Translations under genes and position numbers: made by a program | From: an uncultured Verrucomicrobiae bacterium | GTDB lineage: Bacteria > Verrucomicrobiota > Verrucomicrobiia > Chthoniobacterales > Terrimicrobiaceae | Length of the DNA: 64,000 bases | NCBI GenBank assembly: GCA_963706955.1 | Contig: CAVPOC010000003.1 | Coordinates: 192,001 to 256,000, forward strand | Direction: 5' to 3' | Shown here: positions 43,701 to 54,735 of the stretch, one piece after another | Layout of the letters: the number at the start of each line of letters is the position of its first letter | Numbering within the stretch: position 1 is the first letter of the stretch | The notes under the pieces: model-generated | The model's input: the letters and a program-made list of their open reading frames with translations, nothing else | Told to the model about the DNA's origin: nothing | Database searches by the model: none

Positions 43701-44558
43701 CGTGTGCCCTGATTCTGTTGCCACGGAGTCAGCCGCCTTCCGAGAAAGCGAATTAGGGCACTCGAAGCCATCCCCGACACTCCGATAACCAACATCCCGA
43801 CGATGATGTCGGGATATTTCTGCATGGTGTAAGATTCCCAAGTAAAATAGCCGATTCCGAATTGGCCCGAGATCATCTCGGCGGTGACAACCAAGAACCA
43901 GCAGGTCCCCATGCCGATCGTCAGGCCTGTGACAATCGAAGGCATTGCCCCGGGGAGGACAACTTCACGGAATATCGGCCACGTCCCTGCGCCCAAGGAT
44001 TGGGCCGCGTAGATCAACCTTCGGTCAAGATTCTCCACACCATGGATCGTGCTCAGGAGAATGGGAAAGATCGCGCCGAGGAAACAGATGAAGATCATAC
44101 TCTGCTCGGCCGTCGGAAACATAAGGATCGCTAAGGGAATCCAAGCCACTCCCGGAATCGGGCGTAGAACCTCTATCGGTGTCATGATCACATCCTCAAG
44201 CAGACGCGACCGACCGATCAAAAGACCAAGAGGCACGGCGGTCAACAAAGCCAACCCGAAACCAATCGCCACACGCCGGGCGCTATTCGCGAGGTGACGG
44301 AAAGACTTAGGGGCCTGAGCAAATTCAGTCGTTGAAACTGCGACCACGCTCGGCGCCGGGACATGAGCGAAATTGATCAAGAAGTGGATCCTGTTTGTCG
44401 AGGCAAGTTCCCAAAGGGCGATGAAAGCCGCCAGCGCGAGCAGTCGTGTGATGATCCGCCGGAAGGCATCGAGATTCGCCGGAACCGACAATTTCGATGG
44501 CTCGGCTGGTGCTAAGTCATCGATCGGGAGAGCTCGGTGTAGTCAGCGGGTTTGCCAT
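43697..44558 (-). CDS. ABC permease (SsuC/TauC type); probable frameshift near 44525
   Basis: LRPIPGVAWIPLAIL, AAQSLGA, VVTAEMISG. Confidence 0.9.
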
Positions 44559-44575
44559 AACACTGTTCTGGTAGT

Positions 44576-45025
44576 TTAATCTTCGATTAAATTGCCGCCG
44601 CGCCAGGCGGGAAGTCCCGCCCCAATCCATCCCTGGAGGCCGCCGGCCAGCGACCGCACATTCTTGTATCCCATGCGTTGCAGATTATCGGCCGAGAGGG
44701 CCGCACGATGGCCTGCGCCACAGTAAGTGATTATTTCAATGGCGGGATCGGGAGCGTGCTTTTCAATTTCCAGTTCGAGCGTTCCCCGAGCGAGATGCCG
44801 GGCATTCGGAATGTGTCCGCGCCAAAATTCATCTCGTTCGCGCACGTCGATGACCAGCGCGCCGCGCTTAATTGCGGCGACGGTTTCCTCGACCGATACC
44901 TCTGTGATCCTCGAACGTGCCTCCGCGGCTAGCTTGAGGAAGCGTTGGCTCCGCTTCTCTGCGACCTGAAGTCTAGCGAGCTTGAGCAAGACGCTCGTTG
45001 CCCACGAATTTACGAGCTTCGGCAT
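44576..45025 (-). CDS. Single-domain rhodanese (sulfurtransferase); start uncertain
   Basis: IDVRERDE..GHIPNA..YCGAGHRA..LAGGLQGW. Confidence 0.88.
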   Translation of the reverse strand: MPKLVNSWATSVLLKLARLQVAEKRSQRFLKLAAEARSRITEVSVEETVAAIKRGALVIDVRERDEFWRGHIPNARHLARGTLELEIEKHAPDPAIEIITYCGAGHRAALSADNLQRMGYKNVRSLAGGLQGWIGAGLPAWRGGNLIED

Positions 45026-46416
45026 ATGTCAGCAGTTTTCCGTTGTTGGCTTGCGCCCATTTCTCGGCGCGAGATTTCTCGAGGAAGGCGGCGATATCGT
45101 TGCCGGTTCGAATGTACCAGACCTTGTCGGCAAAGAGTTTCAGTCCGGTCTCACGATCGTGCACGAAGGCCACGCGAACTGTCTTGTTATCCTTCTCAAG
45201 CTGATCGAGGGCGAGGAAGGTGCTGGGAACGTCCTTGTAGAGGCGCACTTTCTTCTCGCCCTCTACCCAGATTTGACCGGCGTTATTTACATCGATGATC
45301 TCTTCTCCGAGTGACAAAATCTTTCGCCTCAAAGGGCACTGGCGCGTAGTCCTTCAGACGAGCGTCGTAATCGGCGCCAAATTCTTTCGCCGCCTGGCGA
45401 ATATATTTGTCATCCACATATTCGCTGACCTTGATGTCGTGCGATGTCTTTTTAAGGATCTTGAGAGTTTCAGCTGCACCGGCGATGGCCTTCAGGACCT
45501 CGGGTTTGAAAGTATAGTCACGCGTTTGAATGCCGTGGGGACCATGAAACGCATAGAAAACTTCCGCTTCGATGCCCGTCCATTTTTCGTATTGTTCGGC
45601 CAACCCTTCCGGATCCTCCCGCAAGAGGCGATCTCCCTCCAACGCTGACTTCAGATAGGCAACCACGATCTCGGGATACTTCTCAGCGAAGTCCGAACGC
45701 ACCTGGATACCATGGGTAGTCGGCACGCCCGTGCTGCTGCCATCCAGAATTTTGCGCGCGAAGCCGCGAAACGGGAACAACTCCCCGAAAGGCACAAAGT
45801 TCGCGTGAGCATCAATCTGACCTGATTTGAGAGCCGAACCGCCTACTTCTGGTGTTTGTGTGACGATCGTAATGTCCGTTTCGGGATCCCAATTCTGATC
45901 CTTGACTGCACGAAGCAGAAACGCGTGCGCGGTTGAAGCAAAGGGGACCGAGACGGTCTTGCCCTTAAGTTGCGCTATGTCTTGCACACTAGAATCGCTG
46001 GGAACCAACAGGGCATTGCCCGCGCCGTGCAGACCGGAGGAAAGCGACGCGATGTAAACAGTCTTCACCCCATTGTTCTGGGTCAGAAACGCGTCGTGAC
46101 CCACGATCGAGGGGAAATCCGCCATCGAGACGATATCCAGGCGATTGGCGAGGATCTCGCTATTGAGCTGAGCTCCGGTTGGCAGATTCAGCCAAACGAT
46201 TTCATAAGTGACGTCCTTATATTTGCCATCATGCGGAAGATACTTTTCGAGAAGCTTCAATTCGCGCACGACCGGTCCTCCCGCTGCGCAATTGATCGTC
46301 GTATCTTGCGTCCCTATGGCCACGCGAATGGTCTCGCCTGCTTGAACAAGTGTTAGGGTAAACAGAATAAGAATAGATGTTAGTTTCATAACCTTCAGAG
46401 CTGAATGGGTTTTCAT
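44973..46416 (-). CDS. Sulfonate/nitrate-type ABC substrate-binding protein (AsfC-like) with extra C-terminal domain; frameshift near 45310
   Basis: RVAIGTQDTTINC, MADFP, LKGKTVSVPFASTAHA; continues in ORF 44973-45332. Confidence 0.85.
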
Positions 46417-47358
46417 TAGGATTCGATGACGTGCAAGTCTTCTTCGATTGGCGAAGATGGATTATCCGCGCGGCACGATGACGAACTCGAAGCGACGCGG
46501 CGAGATGTCGCGTCCGCGGAGTCCTGCGCTACGACGAGGAACTTTGCCGTACAGGCGCTTGAACGCGCCCGGAGGTGATATTTGCCGGCGACCTCAAGAT
46601 TGATGGTAGCGCGATAGATGGCCCACGGCTGACAGTTCCACCGAAAATGGGATACGAAAGTCTTCCGATTTGGATTGAACACCTCCAGCGACGCACTTTC
46701 ATTGACGCCCAGACTGACGTTTCCCCACGCATCTTCCGCGCGCACCATCACGGGCAAGATGGCCCCAGCGGTCATCGCCGGGGGGGCAATGATGCGCAGA
46801 GCTGACATCGGACCAGGCTGGATAACGATGTGGTCGACAAGATCGGCTTCAAAGCAGGCAGATGTCCCGTCTGGGCAAACGAAGGCCCGCCAGTGGAACC
46901 CCTCCTCAGCGAAGGTTTGCACCCTGGTCCCCCGGCCACCTCTGCGCTTATCGCCGAGGCGGAGATGAATTAGATCCCCGTCGCGGAGATTGCCACGAAC
47001 GACCGTGACCACGATTGATCTCCTTTCGCCAATTCGTTCGTAGGAGACGGCCAGCGCTGCCATCTGAGCGTTGGAAAACGGCCGTTCACTCGAGCCGAAT
47101 TCGACACTTAGATAATTGTCGGCGGAAGGATCCCGCGTTTGAAAATCCGCCCAATCCGAATCGGAGGCGAAAAGTTATGCTTAGGTTGCCATGCTTGGCC
47201 AAGCCCGCGCTACCCACGCAGTAGCTGAGCTGGAGCTCTTGCCAGCTGCCCGCTTCAAGCACAGCCTTATCAACATGCAAGCTTCCCCAGCGACCGGCTC
47301 TTCTCACCGTGCTCAGGTCAGCTTTGGCTAAGCTCTCGGGAAATGCTGTGAGGCTCAT
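46416..47358 (-). CDS. DUF3604-like N-terminal domain protein, truncated; frameshift near 47165
   Basis: LEAGSWQELQLSY.VG..GL..DSDWADFQT.DP..DNY..LGDKRRGGRGTRVQTF.E..VRAEDAWGN; no metal-binding C-terminal domain. Confidence 0.55.
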
Positions 47359-47393
47359 CTGAAAGTCTGATTGGAATTGCTTTGACGTGGATG

Positions 47394-48314
47394 CTAATCT
47401 CCGGAAGCAGCCAGGCGTTCGATGGCGAGCCGGGCGGATTTACGAACTCCACCGTCCTGGTCGTTGCGAAGTGACTCGAGCCGATCGATCCATCTTGGGT
47501 TCTGCGACTCTCCCAAGGCTATGGCTCCGGCCATTCGTAAATCGGCCAAGTCGTGCGTGAGCAGCCTCGCCACAGCCTCGCCACCATCGACCTGGAGTCG
47601 AGAAAGGCCGAGAGCCGCCTCGCGCACCACCTGCCAAGCTGGATCTTCCAGCGTGGCTATGAGAGCGGCCTTGGCGTCCTCACTCGGGAATCGTCCGAGC
47701 GCAAGTGTGGCTTCGCGACGCACCTCCCAATTGCCGTCGGCCAGCGCCGCAACGAGGTCATCGAAGACGAAGGCATCATCGAATTGCGCCACCGCGGCGA
47801 TCGCCACTTTACGGACTGCCGCATTTTCGTCCCGAAGCGCGGAGCGCAACGCCAGCAAGTGATCGCGCCGTCGATAGTTCGCCACGGCAGTTACCGCTTG
47901 CCGTCGAATCTCTGGCTCCGGATCGCTAAGTCGCCGAACCAAGGCGCCCAAGGCCTCCGCTTCCCGGTGCTCTCGCAATGCAATCAACGCCGCCAGACGA
48001 GTTTCCGCAGCAGAACTCTCGAGGGCAGCCACGAGATGTTCGATCGCGGCAGGATCCTGGAAGGACCGTAACACTTCGCTCGCGAGCAGACTGACTTCCG
48101 CATCCGCGTCAGCCGCCGCTCGCAGCAGTGCTGGGATAGCTGCGGGATCGTTCTCAAGTTGAATCACCTCGATGGCCAGACGGCGGATCGAGGTTTCCGG
48201 ATGCTGCAGAGAGGCGACTAGGAGTTTTGTCGGCAAAGGCTGGCCAGCCTCCAGGCTCTCAGCCAAGGTCAGGAAGATCTGCTGCGTTTGTTCGTCATCA
48301 AGGGTGATGCTCAT
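47394..48314 (-). CDS. HEAT/PBS-lyase repeat protein
   Basis: Repeated L..D....VR..A..ALG units; ATGA overlap with the ferredoxin stop. Confidence 0.88.
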   Translation of the reverse strand: MSITLDDEQTQQIFLTLAESLEAGQPLPTKLLVASLQHPETSIRRLAIEVIQLENDPAAIPALLRAAADADAEVSLLASEVLRSFQDPAAIEHLVAALESSAAETRLAALIALREHREAEALGALVRRLSDPEPEIRRQAVTAVANYRRRDHLLALRSALRDENAAVRKVAIAAVAQFDDAFVFDDLVAALADGNWEVRREATLALGRFPSEDAKAALIATLEDPAWQVVREAALGLSRLQVDGGEAVARLLTHDLADLRMAGAIALGESQNPRWIDRLESLRNDQDGGVRKSARLAIERLAASGD

Positions 48315-48619
48315 CGAATTAGAAAGGGAATTTTCACGGTTATGGCGTTGGTCGGGCAGTCCACTTCGCAAGCCAGGCAATACCAGCAGTCATCATATTT
48401 CATATGCGACTTGCCCGTGGCTGGATTGATCGCGAGGCAGTCCACAGGACAGGACTCCACGCAGATATGACACCCTTTGATACATCGCTCCTCGTGCACT
48501 ACGACCGGCACATCGAAGAGTCGTGCGACCTGGCGGTTGGGCACGGATTTCGCCACCGAAGCGGCTTCGCTTTCCGAGGCAAATTTCAGCCTTCCGGCAA
48601 CAATAGGTTTCGAGCTCAT
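48311..48619 (-). CDS. 2x[4Fe-4S] ferredoxin (AsfB/AprB-like)
   Basis: CIKGCHICVESCP and CWYCLACEVDCP. Confidence 0.92.
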   Translation of the reverse strand: MSSKPIVAGRLKFASESEAASVAKSVPNRQVARLFDVPVVVHEERCIKGCHICVESCPVDCLAINPATGKSHMKYDDCWYCLACEVDCPTNAITVKIPFLIR

Positions 48620-50352
48620 GCAGCCATCGTTTCGATGCGCAACCGGTGGTAGGAGCGCAGTTCCTCCGCGCCGAGCGGGATCACATAGGGCTCGACGGGC
48701 CGGCGAAAGAGCTTCATTGCGCCGTCCTCGCCTTTCTTCAGGTTGACGTGGACAAACCAGTTCGCGTCGTCCATTTCCGGGTAGTCAAGGCGGTGGTGAT
48801 AGAGTCCCCAGCGGCTTTCCGTGCGGAAGAGCGACGCACGCACAGCCATCTCGGCGCAGTCGCGAATGAAGTCCGCTTCATTGGCACGCATCAGCTCATG
48901 CGGATCGGCCGCTCCCAGTTGTTCCAGCTCTTGGCGTGCGCGTTCGAAATAATCCAACCCCTTTTCGAGCCGAGATGCCGATTTCGGCGGTTGCAGATAG
49001 TCGTTCACGTGCCGCCTAAGCTTGTATTCAAATTGATGAGGCGGAATGCCGTCAGCCTGCAGCAAGGGCCGAAGCGCTCGCTTCCGCTCCGCCTCGACCT
49101 GTCCATCATCCAACCGGCAATCTCGAGCCGAGCGTAGAAACTCGACCGCATTCCGCGCGGAAATCTTTCCGAAGGTGAAGGCGCCGAGCATGTAGCCGTG
49201 GGGGACAGAAGCCATGTCCCCGGCGGCATACAGGCCCGGCACCGTCGTTTCCCCCCGCTCGTTGATCCAGACCCCCGAAGCGCTGTGTCCGCTGCAGAGG
49301 CCGATCTCCGAAATCGACATCTCGATCAAATTGTTGCCGTAATTCACCCCTCTACCGGCGTGAAAGCGCCCGCGGCTTGGGCGCTCAGTGGTGTGTAAAA
49401 TCTGCTCGATCTCGTTCACCGTTTCGGGAGCAAGGTGATCCATTTTCAAGTAAACCGGCCCATTTTCGCTATGCAGCTCGCGGTAGAACTCCCACATCAT
49501 CTGCCCGCTCCAATAGTCCGAAAGCATGAAGCGATTGCCTTTCGCGTTGACCGTGTAGCCGCCGAATGGCCCGCTGACATATGCGCACGCCGGGCCATTG
49601 TAGTCCTTAAGCAGCGGATTGACTTGAAAGCACTCGATGTTCGTCAACTCCGCTCCCGCGTGATATGCCATCGCAAACCCATCGCCGGCGTTCGCTGGAT
49701 TCTCATACGTGCCCATCAGATAACCGGAGGCAGGTAAGCCGAGCCGGCCGCAGGCTCCGCAAGCCAGGATCACCGCTTTCGCTCGAATCACCACGAATTC
49801 CCCGGTCCGGACGTTGAACCCGAGCGCGCCGACGGCTCTCCCCTCATCAAGCAGAATTCGCGTCGCCATCACCCTGTTCTCGACCCGCACGCCTCGCTGC
49901 CGAATCTGCCGGGTCAAAATCTTCTTGATGTCATAGCCCTCAGGCATCGGGAGGACATAACTCCCCTTGTGGTGAACCTTCTTGACGTCATAATCCCCGT
50001 TCGGCGTCTTCTGAAACTTCACTCCCCAGGACTCCAACTCCTGGATCATCGCGAAACTCTCGCGAGCATAGGCCAGCACGGCGCGTTGGTTCACGATGCC
50101 ATCATTCGCCATCGTGATCTCCTTGACATACTGCTCCGGGGTAGCATGTCCGGGCACCACCGCGTTGTTCACCCCGTCCATGCCCAGAGCAATCGCCCCA
50201 CTCCGCTTAACGTTAGCCTTCTCCAGTAAGAGGACCTCGCCCTCAGGCAAAGCTTCCTTGCCCTTGATTGCTGCCACCGACCCCGCTGTCCCACCGCCAA
50301 TCACCAGTAGGTCCACATCGACAGACAAAGCTTTATCAGATTCAACACTCAT
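48616..50352 (-). CDS. Fumarate reductase/APS reductase-family flavoprotein (AsfA/AprA-like)
   Basis: IGGGTAG, RSGAIALGMDG, YENPANAGDG, CSGHSASG, GLYAAGD, RTESRWGLYH. Confidence 0.9.
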   Translation of the reverse strand: MSVESDKALSVDVDLLVIGGGTAGSVAAIKGKEALPEGEVLLLEKANVKRSGAIALGMDGVNNAVVPGHATPEQYVKEITMANDGIVNQRAVLAYARESFAMIQELESWGVKFQKTPNGDYDVKKVHHKGSYVLPMPEGYDIKKILTRQIRQRGVRVENRVMATRILLDEGRAVGALGFNVRTGEFVVIRAKAVILACGACGRLGLPASGYLMGTYENPANAGDGFAMAYHAGAELTNIECFQVNPLLKDYNGPACAYVSGPFGGYTVNAKGNRFMLSDYWSGQMMWEFYRELHSENGPVYLKMDHLAPETVNEIEQILHTTERPSRGRFHAGRGVNYGNNLIEMSISEIGLCSGHSASGVWINERGETTVPGLYAAGDMASVPHGYMLGAFTFGKISARNAVEFLRSARDCRLDDGQVEAERKRALRPLLQADGIPPHQFEYKLRRHVNDYLQPPKSASRLEKGLDYFERARQELEQLGAADPHELMRANEADFIRDCAEMAVRASLFRTESRWGLYHHRLDYPEMDDANWFVHVNLKKGEDGAMKLFRRPVEPYVIPLGAEELRSYHRLRIETMAA

Positions 50353-50368
50353 GGATCACAGCGAAATA

Positions 50369-50385
50369 GCGACTGAACTGATCGT
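50369..50385. promoter_or_regulatory. Putative Rrf2 operator 1 (GCGAC-N7-ATCGT)
   Basis: agcgactgaactgatcgttattc matches aacgactaaacttgtcgttattc at 56712; just upstream of the flavoprotein ATG. Confidence 0.6.
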
Positions 50386-50430
50386 TATTCGAGACACGGT
50401 GAAAAGGTCAGCTGGCATGGCGAGCGTGTT

Positions 50431-51168
50431 TTAGGCCGGGATGGTGCCGTCGAGGTCGAGAAATTCCTCGACGAAGGAATTGGCGGGGAGGTCGCGGACC
50501 TCGTCAGGAGTGCCGATTTGCTGGACTTCGCCCTTGTCGATAAGGACGACGCGATCGGCGACTTCAAAGGCTTCGTCCTGATCGTGGGTTACGAAGAGAC
50601 TGGTCAGATGGGTGGTGTCGTGGAAGCGGCGCAACCAGTGGCGCAATTCCTTTCGGACTTTGGCATCGAGGGCACCGAAGGGTTCGTCGAGCAGGAGGAC
50701 CTCCGGTTCGATAGCCAAAGCGCGGGCGAAGGCAACACGTTGCCGCTGACCTCCGGAGAGTTGGCTGGGAAGGCGCTTAGCGAACTCGGCGAGTTGAATG
50801 GTCTCGAGGAGTTGCTCGACGCGGGCGCGGATTTGCGGTTCGGGCGGGCGCTGGCCTTTTTTTCGCACCCGGAGCCCGAAAGCGATGTTCTCAAAGACAC
50901 TCAAATGCTGGAAGAGCGCGTAATGCTGAAAGACGAATCCCGCCTTGCGTTGGTAGGCGTTTTGGGAAGTGACATCGCGGTCGCCAAAAAGGATGCGTCC
51001 CTTGTCCGGAAACTCGAGTCCGGCGATAACGCGCAGCAAGGTGGTCTTGCCGGAACCGCTCGGCCCAAGCAGGGCAACAAGCTCTCCGCTCTCGATGGTG
51101 AAATTCACGTGATTGAGTGCGGGGAACCGCGCGAACTTTTTCGTGATGTCGTCGATTTGGATGCTCAT
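50431..51168 (-). CDS. cysA: Sulfate/thiosulfate ABC ATP-binding protein (short form)
   Basis: [32 protein letters not shown]; follows cysT-cysW. Confidence 0.92.
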   Translation of the reverse strand: MSIQIDDITKKFARFPALNHVNFTIESGELVALLGPSGSGKTTLLRVIAGLEFPDKGRILFGDRDVTSQNAYQRKAGFVFQHYALFQHLSVFENIAFGLRVRKKGQRPPEPQIRARVEQLLETIQLAEFAKRLPSQLSGGQRQRVAFARALAIEPEVLLLDEPFGALDAKVRKELRHWLRRFHDTTHLTSLFVTHDQDEAFEVADRVVLIDKGEVQQIGTPDEVRDLPANSFVEEFLDLDGTIPA

Positions 51169-51172
51169 GGTA

Positions 51173-52108
51173 TCATCCTTCTGTTCCGGCTGCCTCCCTC
51201 ACCTGCCGTTCGGTCTGCCATTCGGCATACGTTTTGATGATGAGGGTCAAAAGCGCGAGCACCGAAAGGACCGAGGCGACAGCGAAGGCGGCGGCGAACT
51301 GGTATTCGTTGTAAAGAATTTCGATGTGGAGAGGCATAGTGTTCGTCTTATTGCGAATATGACCAGAGACAACGGAAACCGCACCAAACTCTCCCATCGC
51401 CCGGGCGTTGCAGAGTATCAAGCCATAAATAAGTCCCCACTTAATCTTTGGCAGTGTGACGCGCGAAAAAATCTGCCAGCCATTTGCCCCCAGAGTCATG
51501 GCGGCCTCCTCTTCTTTGTGGCCTTGCGCCTGCATCAGCGGGATCAGACCCCGCGCGACAAAGGGAAAGGTCACGAAGATTGTTGCCAGGATGATGCCAG
51601 GCTCGGCGAAAATAACCTTGATGTTGTGATCATAAAGGAAGCGGGCCAGAAAATTGCTATCTAGCGTCTCCTGACTGGGAAAAAAGAGCGGACCCAGCCA
51701 GCCCTGCCGCCCAAAAATGAGAACATAGATGAGACCGCCGATCACTGGCGAGACCCACAACGGAAGATCAATCAGAGAGATGAGCAGGGAGCGCCCGCGG
51801 AAGGTAAACCGCGTGACCGCCCAGGCGGCGAAAAGGCCGAAGATCGCGTTAAGCGGGACGACGATTGCCGCCGTCAAGAGCGTCAACTGCACGGCGTGAG
51901 CAGTCGCCCGATCTTGAAACGTTTTTAAGAAAACCTGCAGACCCTTCGCAAATGCTTCGTGAAAGACGACAAGCAGAGGGAGGACAAGAAACAGCCCAAA
52001 GAAAACGAGAAGAACCCCCACGAGCAGCCTCTTGATCAACGGCGACTCGGCGGTGGCGCGCCGCGGCGCGACCGGTCTCACGGGAAAAGTTGCGACGGCG
52101 CCCGCCAC
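51173..52108 (-). CDS. cysW: Sulfate ABC permease CysW
   Basis: [42 protein letters not shown] start at 52108. Confidence 0.93.
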   Translation of the reverse strand: MAGAVATFPVRPVAPRRATAESPLIKRLLVGVLLVFFGLFLVLPLLVVFHEAFAKGLQVFLKTFQDRATAHAVQLTLLTAAIVVPLNAIFGLFAAWAVTRFTFRGRSLLISLIDLPLWVSPVIGGLIYVLIFGRQGWLGPLFFPSQETLDSNFLARFLYDHNIKVIFAEPGIILATIFVTFPFVARGLIPLMQAQGHKEEEAAMTLGANGWQIFSRVTLPKIKWGLIYGLILCNARAMGEFGAVSVVSGHIRNKTNTMPLHIEILYNEYQFAAAFAVASVLSVLALLTLIIKTYAEWQTERQVREAAGTEG

Positions 52109-52935
52109 TAGGCCACCCCCTTTCTCCTGCTGTCCCATGCCTGGAGACCATTGCAAATGAGGAGGATCGCGAACGAAGCCACCAGCATGATAAACCCGAG
52201 CGCGGCCGCACCGCTGTAATCGTACTGCTCGAGCTTCGTGATGATCAAGAGCGGGGTAATCTCAGTTTTGAACGGAAGGTTACCGGAGATAAAAACGACA
52301 GAACCGAACTCGCCCACGGCACGACCGTAAGCCAGCGTGATCCCGGTCAAGATCGACGGCAGCAAAGCGGGAAAGATCACTCTTCGAAAGGTCTGCCATC
52401 GGTTCGCGCCGAGGGTTGCAGCTGCTTCCTCGACATCTGCGGAGAGATCTTGAATGACCGGTTGGACCGTGCGAACCACGAAAGGGAGCCCAATGAAGGT
52501 CAGGGCGACCAGAATGCCGAGTTGGGTGTATGCCACCCTTATGCCGTACGGTTCCAGCAACGACCCGATGGTCCCGTTTTTCGCATAGATAGTGGTGAGG
52601 GCAATTCCCGCGACCGCCGTGGGCAAGGCGAAGGGGAGGTCGACGATGGCATCAAGGACCTTGCGACCCGGAAATTCATAACGGGCAAGCACCCAAGCGG
52701 CGATTACTCCAAAGACCCCGTTGATCAACGCCGCCACGAGCGAAATGCCGAAACTTACATAATAGGAAGCCACGACCCTCGGCTCAGTAATCGTTTTAAA
52801 GAAATGCTCCCATCCCCCGGCAAAGGTCTTTAGCAGAAGGCCGCTAAAGGGGATCAACACAAGAATGCTTAGATACACAAGAGTGTATCCCAGGGATAGG
52901 CCGAAGCCCGGGAGAACACGGCGCGATTTGGCCAT
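52108..52935 (-). CDS. cysT: Sulfate ABC permease CysT
   Basis: VLPGFGLSLG, DLPFALPTAVAGIAL, LPFVVRTVQP. Confidence 0.95.
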   Translation of the reverse strand: MAKSRRVLPGFGLSLGYTLVYLSILVLIPFSGLLLKTFAGGWEHFFKTITEPRVVASYYVSFGISLVAALINGVFGVIAAWVLARYEFPGRKVLDAIVDLPFALPTAVAGIALTTIYAKNGTIGSLLEPYGIRVAYTQLGILVALTFIGLPFVVRTVQPVIQDLSADVEEAAATLGANRWQTFRRVIFPALLPSILTGITLAYGRAVGEFGSVVFISGNLPFKTEITPLLIITKLEQYDYSGAAALGFIMLVASFAILLICNGLQAWDSRRKGVA

Positions 52936-53750
52936 CAGATATTTTGTGCTTCGGAGATCATCACTTTGAAACGATCCAGAATTGTTTGCACGCCCATGAT
53001 GTGTGCCTCCACCTGCGTATCGAAGGCCGCGTGGTGTGGGGTCTCAAAAACAATCTCGAAGGGCCTTGGTTTCTGCTCGGGAGGAGCTGAGAGGATACCG
53101 TCGTAGCCCTGCTCGATGATTCCATTGTTCGCCTCGAAATTGTCGATGCTCTTATCAAAGTTGCGTCGGAGGATCTGCCCGGCGGCCTCGAGCGCCGGTT
53201 CGAGGACATGCCGGGTCAATTCATGTCCTTTGACGAATCCGTAGAGTCCTTCGCTCGTATCATCACTGTGCAGGGCGATGATCCCGTTGAAGTCGAGGTT
53301 GCGAAGCTGTCGCTCGAGAATCTCAACTTCCGGCTCGCTCGAGCCAGTCCAAAAGAGACGGTTCAAGTCGAGACCGCTCCGCGTCCAGCGCGATCCTTCG
53401 ACGTAAGCCCAAGGATTGCAAACTGGGTAGACGAAGAGCTCGTAGCCGCGTGCTCTCTCGGGATCGGCATGCAAACGTTCCAGCAGTTGGACCGCGGCGT
53501 GAATTCCGCTCTCTTCGTCGCCGTGCACCCCGGCGAACACTCCCACTCGCAAGTAGCTTCGCTTTTCGCCTGGACCGGCGAAAAGATAACGTGGGAGACC
53601 CTGGGCGATATTGAGAGAATCTCCATAGGCCAGGTGTGCCGCAAAGAGGTAGTTGGATCCTCGCGCCAGTTCATCGAGCGGACGCAAAAGCGCTCGCAGC
53701 GATCGACGCTGCTTGATGGAAGGACGGAATGTCGACACGTGAATCGCCAT
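52935..53750 (-). CDS. M14 family metallopeptidase (succinylglutamate desuccinylase/aspartoacylase-like)
   Basis: AGVHGDE, PVCNPW, DLNR, IALHSD, VFETP Zn-carboxypeptidase motifs. Confidence 0.85.
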   Translation of the reverse strand: MAIHVSTFRPSIKQRRSLRALLRPLDELARGSNYLFAAHLAYGDSLNIAQGLPRYLFAGPGEKRSYLRVGVFAGVHGDEESGIHAAVQLLERLHADPERARGYELFVYPVCNPWAYVEGSRWTRSGLDLNRLFWTGSSEPEVEILERQLRNLDFNGIIALHSDDTSEGLYGFVKGHELTRHVLEPALEAAGQILRRNFDKSIDNFEANNGIIEQGYDGILSAPPEQKPRPFEIVFETPHHAAFDTQVEAHIMGVQTILDRFKVMISEAQNI

Positions 53751-53751
53751 C

Positions 53752-54735
53752 TTATTTGGCCTGATAAATCTGATCGAAAAATCCGCCATCCGCGAAGTGC
53801 ACCTTTTGTGCCGCTTCCCACCCGCCGAAAACCTCATCCACGCTCACCAGCTTGATCTCCGGAAAAAGCTCAGCAGTCTCGGCGAGCAGCTTCTCGGATC
53901 GCGGCCGGAAATACGAGTGCACAGCCAGTTTCTGCCCGGCGTCCGACCAGAGATATTCGAGATAGTCGGTGGCCAATTGACGCGTACCGCGTCGGTCGAC
54001 GACTTTATCGACGACGCTGACAGGGGCTTCGGCCAGAATGCTCACCGGCGGATAGATGACGTCAAATTTGTCGGGACTGAAAACCTTGGTGATCTGGAGC
54101 ACTTCGCTTTCAAAGGTGAGCAAGACATCGCCGATTTCCTTTTGCACGAAGGTGTTCGTGGCGGCGCGCCCTCCTGTCTCGAGGACCGGAACGTTTCGAA
54201 AGAGCGCTCTGACGAATTGTTCGGCCGCGGCGCCTCCGCCACCTGGACGCAATTTCGCATACGCCCAAGCCGCCAAATAACTATATCGGCCGTTCCCTGA
54301 CGTCTTCGGATTTGGAACAATTACGGAAACCCCCGGGGCGACCAGATCACCCCAGTCTCTGATGCCTTTCGGGTTTCCCTTGCGAACCAGGAAAACGATC
54401 GTCGAAGTGTATGGAGCCGAGTTGTTCGGCAAGCGGGACTTCCAATCCCTGTCGATCAATCCGGCTTGGACGATGGCATCAATGTCCGTTTCCTGGTTCA
54501 TCGTGACCACATCGGCTTCCAATCCATCGATGACGGCGCGGGCTTGTTTGCTCGACCCGCCATTGGAGAGGTCGACCGTCGGGGTAATCCCGTGTTTGAC
54601 TTGGTAGGCGAGCGCGAAGATTTCGTTATATTGCTGGTAGAATTCCCGCGTCACGTCGTAGGAGACGTTCAGAATATTGGAAGGCGCGGCGACCGCAGAG
54701 GCCGCCAGAACAAGGCTAAGCAGCCAATACTTCAT
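53752..54735 (-). CDS. sbp: Sulfate/thiosulfate-binding protein (Sbp/CysP)
   Basis: [30 protein letters not shown]. Confidence 0.92.
   Translation of the reverse strand: MKYWLLSLVLAASAVAAPSNILNVSYDVTREFYQQYNEIFALAYQVKHGITPTVDLSNGGSSKQARAVIDGLEADVVTMNQETDIDAIVQAGLIDRDWKSRLPNNSAPYTSTIVFLVRKGNPKGIRDWGDLVAPGVSVIVPNPKTSGNGRYSYLAAWAYAKLRPGGGGAAAEQFVRALFRNVPVLETGGRAATNTFVQKEIGDVLLTFESEVLQITKVFSPDKFDVIYPPVSILAEAPVSVVDKVVDRRGTRQLATDYLEYLWSDAGQKLAVHSYFRPRSEKLLAETAELFPEIKLVSVDEVFGGWEAAQKVHFADGGFFDQIYQAK

Noticed and set aside
48311..50352. Dissimilatory sulfate reduction (aprAB) or succinate dehydrogenase
   Set aside because: No sat, qmo, dsr or sdh membrane subunits; context is assimilatory sulfur uptake
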